A DNA stretch of 64,000 nucleotides from a bacterium (lineage in GTDB: Bacteria > Patescibacteriota > Minisyncoccia > JAUYLV01), in NCBI GenBank assembly GCA_030649025.1, contig JAUSGO010000016.1:4851-68850 (forward strand). The letters run 5' to 3'. The notes under the pieces are model-generated. The model had not been told where the DNA came from and did no database searches. It saw nothing but the letters and a program-made list of their open reading frames with translations. Shown one piece after another: positions 55,916 to 64,000 of the stretch; the first letter of the stretch is position 1; every line of letters begins with the position of its first letter. Both the position numbers and the translations under genes were made by a program.

Positions 55916-56647
55916 TTATGACCTTGCGGCCTTGCGCCATTTTGAAATACGTTGATGATCTCCGGAAAGCAAGATTTTCGGTACGCTCCACCGAACTCCC
56001 TTTTTTGGTTTGAAAATCTCGGGCCTCGTGTAGTGAGGATATTCCGCTTGCGCAATCTCTAACTTTCGAACCCCAACTCCCGACTTTTGACCCTTCGCTT
56101 GTAGCTTAGAATATGGAACGAACGATTCTTCCTTCAGAGATTCTTCATTACCCAGCACGCCGGAAATGTGGCGCGAGACAGCATCGATCACAACCATTGA
56201 GGGAAGCTCTCCGCCGGTAAGCACATATGGACCGATTGAGATTTCCTCATCGGCAATATATTCGGCAACCCGTTCATCAACTCCCTCATATCGTCCGCAA
56301 ATGAAAATAATTCGATCAAGTTTTGAGAATCTCCTAGCCATCTCATGTGTAAACTGCTTTCCTTTTGCGCTTAAAAGCAAAATTTTTGTTTTTTGTTTTT
56401 TGTTTTTTGTTTTTTGTTTTTTCAAAGCCATGAGGGCTTTGAAAATTGGCTCCACCTTCAACACCATTCCCGCTCCTCCGCCGAAAGGCCTGTCGTCAAC
56501 CATTTTATGCTTATCCGAAGCATAATCGCGTAAATTGTGCGTGGTAATTTTGATAAGCCCCCTTTTCTGGGCTCTAGCCAAAATCGACTCCTTGATATAG
56601 GAGTCGAGCATGGAAGGAAAAATAGTGATGATGTCAAGTTGGAGCAC
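55916..56647 (-). CDS. trmD: tRNA (guanine-N1)-methyltransferase
   Basis: DDRPFGGGAGMV, CGRYEGVDER, SIGPYVLTGGE, YPHYTRP. Confidence 0.96.
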   Translation of the reverse strand: MLQLDIITIFPSMLDSYIKESILARAQKRGLIKITTHNLRDYASDKHKMVDDRPFGGGAGMVLKVEPIFKALMALKKQKTKNKKQKTKILLLSAKGKQFTHEMARRFSKLDRIIFICGRYEGVDERVAEYIADEEISIGPYVLTGGELPSMVVIDAVSRHISGVLGNEESLKEESFVPYSKLQAKGQKSGVGVRKLEIAQAEYPHYTRPEIFKPKKGVRWSVPKILLSGDHQRISKWRKAARS

Positions 56648-56668
56648 GGTGTGGCTACTATCTAAACC

Positions 56669-56986
56669 TTAGGCGGCTGACGTTCCTCCCATACCATCAT
56701 CCGGCCTATACTCGTCTACCCATAATTCCGCCCCCTCGAGAATCTCAGCCGATGGATTATGCCCCATTTCTAGAACATCCTTCCCGTACTGCCCGCGCTC
56801 GCCTGCGGTGGCGATTGTGTGCCAAATTTTCTCTGGCGGCGTCTTCGACGGATCAAACACTTCGATACCTCCATTCTCCATTCTTCGTTTATGCACCCAC
56901 GTTTTGGGCCTGCCGTCGGGATACCGTTCGACAACATTGTGGTCCAGTTCGGGATTATGAGATTGTTCAGCTTCAAATTCCGGCAT
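56669..56986 (-). CDS. Hypothetical protein
   Basis: 105-aa ORF filling the gap between the kinase gene and trmD. Confidence 0.5.
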   Translation of the reverse strand: MPEFEAEQSHNPELDHNVVERYPDGRPKTWVHKRRMENGGIEVFDPSKTPPEKIWHTIATAGERGQYGKDVLEMGHNPSAEILEGAELWVDEYRPDDGMGGTSAA

Positions 56987-57050
56987 ACGACCTAAGTCTA
57001 AAGTATTTTTCCATGAAAATCAAGCCCGTCTAAGTTTTGTACAACAAAAT

Positions 57051-58901
57051 CTAGGCGGACAAGCCAGCTGGAGCAATGGGCAGGGAGAAGGAGAATGTAC
57101 TCCCCTTTCCGCGTTCGGATTCAACCCATATCTTACCGCCCATTTTTTCCACGATCTGTTTCACGATGAATAAGCCCAACCCCGTTCCCTGCACCTTGCG
57201 TGTTTCAGAATTCTCGGCACGATAAAACTTCTCGAAAAGTTTTGCAAGCTCCTCGGGCGTAAGCCCAATACCCGTGTCTTTTATGCGCGTAACGATCATA
57301 TCCCTCTCTACATCGTGCCGGATACCAATAAGCCCTTCCTGACGATTATACTTTATGGCGTTGGAAACAAGATTTACCAGAACCTCGCGGAGTTTGTCGG
57401 AATCGGCAAGCGCCAATGGAAGAGGGCTTAGGGGTAGCGTATGTTCAACGCGAATTTTATGTTCTTCCCACAAAGGCCTCAGATCATCAATGACCGTTTT
57501 GGCCGCATCCACAAGATTTTGCGGAGAGACATCCACCTGCATGCGTCCGGCATCCGACCGCGCAACCTCAAGCAGATCCTGCACTAATTGCACAAGATGC
57601 TGATTTGCCCTCTGAACCTGTTCGAGCATATCTTTGGCTTCCTGGTTAATCGCTCCCGCATCTCCCTCGAGCATCATCGAAATATATCCCTTAATGGCCG
57701 TCACCGGCGTACGTAATTCATGCGCTGCGATAAACACAAATTCTTCACGCAATTGCTGAAGGGTTTTTAGGGCTTTAGCCATCTCATGCAATTCCTCATC
57801 GAGTTCCTCTATCTCGTCGCTTGTTCTAATGGGGATGGTCTCATCAAACTTACCTTCTCCGATATTTTTCGCTTCTTTTTGCAAAAGTCGTATGGGCTGG
57901 GTGATGCGGCGTGCAACCAACATGCTAATCACAAAGATTGCAACAAGCATAAAAAGCGAGTAGATAAGCGCCTGCATGAAAAGATCTCTTACGAGCCTGA
58001 ATGCGTCATCTTCGGGCCACTCGGCGACAAGAATAAAAGGAAGCCCCTGGACGCGATCCACAAAGCCGATAACCGTCTCATTCCAAAAACTGGTATAGGA
58101 CCGGAGAGCGTCACTGTCTCGGCCCGGTACGTTGAGCTGCCAAAGCTGGCCAATAAACGGTACGGTTTTGAGATTTGGATGACTGGAGGCGTCTTTCAAA
58201 GAACTGGCAACCAAATCTCCGCTTTCGGAAAGCAAGAGCAGATAGCCGGTGTTACCCAAAACCGCAAAAGAAATAGCACGCTCAAGCGCCTTCAGCGAGA
58301 CCTCGCCGGCAAGCACGCCGATGATCTGTTCTTGAGAATTTTTTATCGGGTACCCGATGCTCATGCGGGCGCCCTCCAAGGTGTAGCGGATTGGCGAAAG
58401 GTAGGACTTGCCGCTCCTAGCGACGGTGAATTTCTCCAGCTGTGAGGCATCAATGAATTCCTGAACCGAAACCTCCGCCGGGTCACGATCCGTGCGCCCG
58501 ATTTCCTTTCCGTCAAGCCCGAAAAATGACACGCTCTCGATGGCATTGGATTCGGCAAGGACTCCCTGCAGTAAAAAGTTCCGCTGCGCTTCCGGAATTA
58601 CCGCAATGTCATAAATGGTGTTTTCACCCGCACTCGTTGAGATGCGCAGGTCGAAAACACCGGTAACTTCCTCAAAGAATTTTTTGATCTCTTGGACCTT
58701 CTGCCCTACCAGTTGCCGCTCAAGTTCGGCAACCGTGTTACGGCTTGCGATATTTACCAAATACACCGTGATGACCGCCATGGCAAGCAGAGGGGTAATA
58801 GAAACGACCAAAAAATACCTTGCGACTTTATCTCGCAAGTTGCCACGCTTCTTTTTTATTGGCCTTGGTTGTTGAGGCTGTTGTATGAGGGTGTCCGTCA
58901 T
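57051..58901 (-). CDS. Sensor histidine kinase (Cache-HAMP-HisKA-HATPase)
   Basis: Two TMs, HAMP, AHELRTP H-box, NLVSNAIKY, DTGIG, GTGLGL. Confidence 0.93.
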   Translation of the reverse strand: MTDTLIQQPQQPRPIKKKRGNLRDKVARYFLVVSITPLLAMAVITVYLVNIASRNTVAELERQLVGQKVQEIKKFFEEVTGVFDLRISTSAGENTIYDIAVIPEAQRNFLLQGVLAESNAIESVSFFGLDGKEIGRTDRDPAEVSVQEFIDASQLEKFTVARSGKSYLSPIRYTLEGARMSIGYPIKNSQEQIIGVLAGEVSLKALERAISFAVLGNTGYLLLLSESGDLVASSLKDASSHPNLKTVPFIGQLWQLNVPGRDSDALRSYTSFWNETVIGFVDRVQGLPFILVAEWPEDDAFRLVRDLFMQALIYSLFMLVAIFVISMLVARRITQPIRLLQKEAKNIGEGKFDETIPIRTSDEIEELDEELHEMAKALKTLQQLREEFVFIAAHELRTPVTAIKGYISMMLEGDAGAINQEAKDMLEQVQRANQHLVQLVQDLLEVARSDAGRMQVDVSPQNLVDAAKTVIDDLRPLWEEHKIRVEHTLPLSPLPLALADSDKLREVLVNLVSNAIKYNRQEGLIGIRHDVERDMIVTRIKDTGIGLTPEELAKLFEKFYRAENSETRKVQGTGLGLFIVKQIVEKMGGKIWVESERGKGSTFSFSLPIAPAGLSA

Positions 58902-58902
58902 A

Positions 58903-59655
58903 TCAAAGAATGATTCCCAATTCGCGCTTTACGGCGTCCGAAAGATACACCTGTCCGATGGGCTTTTGCCGCCCCAGACCCATCACGTCTTCATCGTACG
59001 CCGCGCCGCTCTCGTAGTTATATGCGTCTTTAAGACCAAAAGTATGCCCGAGTTCGTGATAGAACGTGGTTGCCGCATAAGATGTCCCCAAATATCCTGA
59101 AGAGGCAAGAATTTGGTGATCGCCGCCAAGAGCTCCAACGCCCTCGTACAGCACCAATCTGACAGCGAATGTTCCTTCTTGCCCGCTTGGCGTCTTGCCA
59201 AGGCGCCGATCAAGTTCAGCAAGAACTGTTCCCCAGGCGTTGGGATTGCCTCGGTTTGTATCGGTACCATCGTAAAACGCCCCGTCATATTCTCCAATGA
59301 CCGGTTCGCGCGCTACTTCATAGACGAGGTCGGACTTGCCGTGGAACTGCAGGCGATGAAACGCGCGCATCAGGTCAAGAGACTCCTCTACGGTATATGT
59401 CCAATCTTTCCTGATAAGTTCCTGCCTGTCGCGCGGGACAAAATAGACAACGGAAAGTTTAACTCGCTCAAGCAGGACTTTCTCGTCGCCAACCACGTGG
59501 GGTGTTGCGCGAACCACGGGAGAAGCGGACATCGGCGATGGAGCAGGAACACGCGCGGAACGCGTTTCGTAAATAAGCAGAAAAACAATTCCTCCAAGCG
59601 CCGCTATTCCCGCGGCGGCGATAATCAGTGTTCGCGTTTGGAATAAGCGGAACAT
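58903..59655 (-). CDS. Membrane-anchored zinc-metallopeptidase-like protein
   Basis: N-terminal TM; HELGHTFGLKD...DVMG. Confidence 0.65.
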   Translation of the reverse strand: MFRLFQTRTLIIAAAGIAALGGIVFLLIYETRSARVPAPSPMSASPVVRATPHVVGDEKVLLERVKLSVVYFVPRDRQELIRKDWTYTVEESLDLMRAFHRLQFHGKSDLVYEVAREPVIGEYDGAFYDGTDTNRGNPNAWGTVLAELDRRLGKTPSGQEGTFAVRLVLYEGVGALGGDHQILASSGYLGTSYAATTFYHELGHTFGLKDAYNYESGAAYDEDVMGLGRQKPIGQVYLSDAVKRELGIIL

Positions 59656-59788
59656 GGCAGAACCTTTGCAAAATCAAAAATCAAATCTCAAAAATCAAAA
59701 TGAAGGAGCGAAGGCTTTCTGAAGCAGTGCTTCGGAAAGCCTTCGAGGTCATCCGAAATTTTGCATTTTGATATTTACATTTTGCATT

Positions 59789-62700
59789 TTATTTTATGAT
59801 TGTCACATTCACCCCCGTCTTATAGAAATCTACTTCGGCCTTGTTGACGATGAACACCGCTTCCCATCTGCGTCCGGTATTATAGAAATCCTCTGCGGAC
59901 ATATCAAGCCAGTGCTTGGTAGCATCATCGTTGACCTCGTACACTTTTGGATCGTTCACATATCGAACCCATGCGGCAAGGCTGTATTGGTCAAGCTCCG
60001 ATTTGGGAACATCGATAATCGGGGCATTTTTAAGATGGCCGTAGAAACCCAGTATCTGAGGTCCGACCACGTAGCGCTTGAAACCGTTCGTGATGATCCA
60101 TACCTTCTGGTCCCCTTCGGCACGAAGTAGCGTGCTATTTGCATATTTTTGATACGCTGGAATTTGCGGATTTGGTGCGGGGACCGATGATGGCGCTGGT
60201 GTATTTGGGGTCGACGAGGGAATTGCCTGCGCTCCAAGTTCTTTTGCCGACGGCGTCTGTGCGGGACCTGTAGTCGTGTACTGGGTGGTATTTGTTGATT
60301 CGTTCCCTGCAAGATCAATGGCGCGCACCGCGTAATAGAAGATGATGCTGGAAACGGCAATGGTCGGGTCTTCTTTTGAGGTTGCGGCAAGATTATCAAA
60401 GATAACGTTACCCAACTCCCCCTTGGTGCTCGAACGATAGATCTTTACATGGTGGAAGTCGTAGGTTGGATTGGACCACTTCACGAGAAACCCGTTCCCC
60501 GTTTTTGTAACGGTGACGTTATATGGCGGATCGGGCGGCTGGGTATCGGCGGGAGCAATCAAAGCAAAGCGCGTAAGATGCCCTACGGAACAGGTAACAA
60601 TTTTCCGCGTGGTATCCACCACTGCATTTGGGACATCTCTCCACGTTGCCGCAGATTCATCCCAGTAAGAAATCTTGAGCGCTGCAGGATCGATGCCGAC
60701 CGAGGCAACATCTGCGTCGGTATAGGGAATAGACACTACTACATCCGAGTTAAAATCTGTGATATTTTTTGCATCTGCGCCGCGAATATCGATATTGTAG
60801 CCAAATCCCACCACATGCTCCAGCGATTGCGATACTGAACGGGTATCGGGAGTGACGGTAATAGTAACCTGCCCTGCCGAAGCCGGCATGGCGCCGGGCG
60901 GAATGGAGATAGTAGCGCCGTCTTTTACCCCCACGATATTCGCCTCCACCGCTTCACTCACCGCCGAGGCCGCGTTAGGCAGTAGTTTCCCCGTGGTCAG
61001 CATTTTAAGATTCTGCTCAATGCGATCTTGTGTGCCAACCACTACAGGGATTTCGGACGACCGGAAAAAGGCACGATCCATTTCATCGGATGAGCCGACG
61101 TACCAGGTGTCATCCTTGGTGATCTGCAGGGTGTAAGAACCATCATCTCCGCTTTCGGTATGCGCATAGCCTCCTTTGCGAGACCATGCGTATACAAACG
61201 CCCTACCCGTAGCTCCTTCGATCTTTCCGGTAATAACGGCATTTGGTGAGCGGAACTGCAGGTCTACATTCTTTGTTTCGCTTGCGCCAACGGTTACTTC
61301 AACCGATGGAGGGTTTGCGTATCCAAGACTGGGAGGCGCAAATACCCGAATAGCATAGACACCGGCAACAATGGGAATGCTGTAGCGGCCTTGAGCATCG
61401 GCTTCTGCGCCAAACCCGCTTGGGTACGACGCACCCGCAACTTGTGAGGCGCCTCCAAAAGGCGTATCGGCGCTTACAAATGCATAAGGAAAGGGTGAGC
61501 CGTCCGGTTTGCGCACGGTTCCGGTTATGCGCGCGCCGGCCCTGCGCAACACAATATTTTTTACAACACTTTGGCCCGCCTCCACACTGGTGCGTAGCGA
61601 CAGAGGGTCGGGAAGCGCGTAGGACCCGTCTTCTATCCATACGCTAAGATGCCAGGTTCCCGGAGAGACAGAAATGCGATATGTACCCGCGGCAGGATCG
61701 TACATGCCATCTTGCCAAATACCGGTATCGCTGGAGGCGTTAATGCGCAGTTTGAGATTTTTAAGAACCATTCCGCCCTCATCCTGCACCTGGCCACTGA
61801 TGACAAGCGTGGTTTTTGAAACTCGGAATGTTGCCGTATTTACAGAGCCGGAGCGGACCGTGATAGTTTGCGGAGAAGGCGGAGCATAATCCGAACCGGG
61901 TGCCGGATGCAGACGCACGGGATAGATTCCGGCCTGAACTTTAAATGAGAACTTTCCCTGTTCGACAGAGCCGCCGAAGTGCTGGGAAGATGTATAGTCT
62001 CCCGCGCTTACAAACCCATAGAAATTTGTAAGTATAGTGCCCTGCTCGTCAACAACGGTTCCCGAAACAGTGGTATCGGAAAACACAAGAGTGAAATCAG
62101 CCCGCGCAGAAACTCCCGCATTCACTGTTACAGAACGCGGCGGTTCGGGATTCGCATAATTTGACTCGGGATTGGGTTCTGCGCGCACCATCCAGGCTCC
62201 GGGTGTCACGAATATCGTGTAGCGCCCGTCACTGCGCGTGACAGCTTGAGCGAAGTTTTGGGAACTGGGCACAAACGCATGCACCGGTATATTGGCAAGC
62301 GGAGCTCCGGAGGCATCTTTAACCACGCCCTCTATGCGGTCTGTTTTTGGAGTAATAGTGATAGTGCCGAAATCTTTTGTATCATTTTCCCCGAGTGAAA
62401 ATGGCATAGGGTCGCCAAGCGGACCCTGATCTTTCTGGAAAATGCGCAGATAATAAGAACCTGCGGGGAGCGAGAAGGCAAACGTGCCATCGGATGCCAC
62501 GGGTCCGCCTTGTCCGAAACCCGTACCGCTTTCGGCGCCGGCAAACGAGTTTACAGGCACCGAGCCATCGGAGTTTTGCACTTTTCCTTTCGCGCGGCTG
62601 GAAGCAAAAAATACGGTGAAGTTAACTTCGCGAAACTCGGGAGTGTCGTTAAGCGCAAAACTCGCCAACGGCGGCTGCTGGTTATAACTCCATGTGGCGG

Positions 62701-64000
62701 GTTCCATTCTTGGCCGTATGCCCACTTGCCATGTTCCTCCCGGAACAGAAAGAACATATTCTCCGCTTGCATTGGTGGTGCCCATCACGCCGAGACCCGT
62801 CTCTTGCTGCCACGCACCAACTTCTGCATCGGTAACAGGCGCTCCTCCCGAAAACGTTATTTTTCCTTTGATGGTTTTTACGGCGCTGGGAAGCGGTGAG
62901 GATGATGGGGACGGAGAAGGGGAAGGAGGAGGAGTGTTCGTACCGGAACAATTTGGAATACCAAACTCTTGCCAATACTGATCATTCCCTGCGTTTGGCA
63001 TCCACCGCGTTCCCCACTGGGCAGAAGATATCAGCAGGCACTGGGCGTGAACGGTCGAGATAAAATTGGCATACGTACTATCTGTGCGATTGAGAATGTA
63101 TGAATTCACGCTACCGTCCATAAAGCGCCATGTGTGTGCTGCCCAAGAACTCGTACCGCCTCCACCGCCAGGGCATGCCGTGTAATCCCCGGAAGCTAGC
63201 GCCGTAAACGTACAAGAGTAATCAGCCATAAGCGAAACCCCGGCAGAATTCTTTACCCCAGCTTTCACGACGCTCACATATATGGTGCCTACAGTTAACG
63301 GAGAAACGGGAATAAGACTCACGTATGTTGAAGTGGGAGTGATCTGTGAGGCGACATGGATCTTGTTCTGGTCGTTTGCCATGTACAGATAAACGTTGGA
63401 ATCAGTAAATGACGTCGGGTCCATAGCCATGTTGAACCCGATGCCGATAGTGGATTTTGAGGTAGCCGTATTCACGCTCAATCCCCAGCCCTGTACTATT
63501 GGAGCGCCGGCGCCTGAAGAAGGGAATACTCCGTTGAGATACGTATATGCCGAACATCCGTATCCCGAGAGACAAGCTTGAATGCGATAATCATAGGTCG
63601 CTCCTACTGCTACGGTCATATCGGAATAGGTTGTCACGTTTACGCCGACCTGCGAGAGAAATGAACCGGGCCAAGTACCGGTGGAGAGTTTCCGCTCAAT
63701 ATTATATTTATCCTCTCCGGAAACATCTCCCCATTGGAGATACACGGTGTTGGCGGTTGGCGCCGGATTTGCCGACAAGCTTGCAGGAGCGGGAGGAATA
63801 CTGCCACCTCCACCGCCTCCGCCCCCTATCACATTCACTGTGTAGGCGGTGGGCGGAACTGAACATCCATATAAGTTACATGCGACAATATAGTACTCGT
63901 AACTTACCCCGCTTGAAACGCCGGAGTCATTATAAGAAAGCGCAGTATATCCGAGACCGTTGACTGGAGAGGTTGGCCAAGTGCCCGTTCCTGGAGGAGT
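59789..64000 (-). CDS. Large surface protein (FN3, Ig-like and carboxypeptidase-regulatory-like repeats); 5' end outside window
   Basis: Frame is open to base 64000 (TPPGTGTWP...); FN3 motifs, repeated I.G.V....G.P...T...G.Y...V..G.W units. Confidence 0.8.
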   Translation of the reverse strand, partial: TPPGTGTWPTSPVNGLGYTALSYNDSGVSSGVSYEYYIVACNLYGCSVPPTAYTVNVIGGGGGGGGSIPPAPASLSANPAPTANTVYLQWGDVSGEDKYNIERKLSTGTWPGSFLSQVGVNVTTYSDMTVAVGATYDYRIQACLSGYGCSAYTYLNGVFPSSGAGAPIVQGWGLSVNTATSKSTIGIGFNMAMDPTSFTDSNVYLYMANDQNKIHVASQITPTSTYVSLIPVSPLTVGTIYVSVVKAGVKNSAGVSLMADYSCTFTALASGDYTACPGGGGGTSSWAAHTWRFMDGSVNSYILNRTDSTYANFISTVHAQCLLISSAQWGTRWMPNAGNDQYWQEFGIPNCSGTNTPPPSPSPSPSSSPLPSAVKTIKGKITFSGGAPVTDAEVGAWQQETGLGVMGTTNASGEYVLSVPGGTWQVGIRPRMEPATWSYNQQPPLASFALNDTPEFREVNFTVFFASSRAKGKVQNSDGSVPVNSFAGAESGTGFGQGGPVASDGTFAFSLPAGSYYLRIFQKDQGPLGDPMPFSLGENDTKDFGTITITPKTDRIEGVVKDASGAPLANIPVHAFVPSSQNFAQAVTRSDGRYTIFVTPGAWMVRAEPNPESNYANPEPPRSVTVNAGVSARADFTLVFSDTTVSGTVVDEQGTILTNFYGFVSAGDYTSSQHFGGSVEQGKFSFKVQAGIYPVRLHPAPGSDYAPPSPQTITVRSGSVNTATFRVSKTTLVISGQVQDEGGMVLKNLKLRINASSDTGIWQDGMYDPAAGTYRISVSPGTWHLSVWIEDGSYALPDPLSLRTSVEAGQSVVKNIVLRRAGARITGTVRKPDGSPFPYAFVSADTPFGGASQVAGASYPSGFGAEADAQGRYSIPIVAGVYAIRVFAPPSLGYANPPSVEVTVGASETKNVDLQFRSPNAVITGKIEGATGRAFVYAWSRKGGYAHTESGDDGSYTLQITKDDTWYVGSSDEMDRAFFRSSEIPVVVGTQDRIEQNLKMLTTGKLLPNAASAVSEAVEANIVGVKDGATISIPPGAMPASAGQVTITVTPDTRSVSQSLEHVVGFGYNIDIRGADAKNITDFNSDVVVSIPYTDADVASVGIDPAALKISYWDESAATWRDVPNAVVDTTRKIVTCSVGHLTRFALIAPADTQPPDPPYNVTVTKTGNGFLVKWSNPTYDFHHVKIYRSSTKGELGNVIFDNLAATSKEDPTIAVSSIIFYYAVRAIDLAGNESTNTTQYTTTGPAQTPSAKELGAQAIPSSTPNTPAPSSVPAPNPQIPAYQKYANSTLLRAEGDQKVWIITNGFKRYVVGPQILGFYGHLKNAPIIDVPKSELDQYSLAAWVRYVNDPKVYEVNDDATKHWLDMSAEDFYNTGRRWEAVFIVNKAEVDFYKTGVNVTIIK

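Overview
This 64-kb, gene-dense window is mostly encoded on the minus strand and looks like a Patescibacteria (CPR, Parcubacteria-like) chromosome. That assignment is an inference from the alpha2-type GlyRS, IleRS2 with a histidine-phosphatase insert, hinge-less short SMC, numerous type IV pilins and leaderless core genes. Core genes: ruvC (3' end), tyrS, gatA, gatC, ligA, rnhA, recJ, glyQS, recO, ileS, argS, smc-like, rnc, nusB, rpmF, rnhB, dnaE, trmD, and tRNA-Val(GAC), tRNA-Arg(TCT) and tRNA-fMet. A type IV pilus region (pilM/N/O, pilD, several pilins) includes two giant minor pilins, one with 7 FN3 domains and one with a 7-blade propeller insert. Stand-alone accessory genes with their own promoter, Shine-Dalgarno (SD) site and terminator are interspersed. 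The most unusual non-coding signals are: (i) an array of four tRNA-fMet 3'-end copies delimiting two ~173-bp structured units and a one-gene cassette, with no integrase in the window; (ii) a ~65-bp two-hairpin element in at least 5 copies, three of them at the D-loop of decayed tRNA duplicates; (iii) heptamer-built palindromes at gene junctions, with related heptamer tracts in frame inside genes. All calls come from reading the sequence; no database searches were run.
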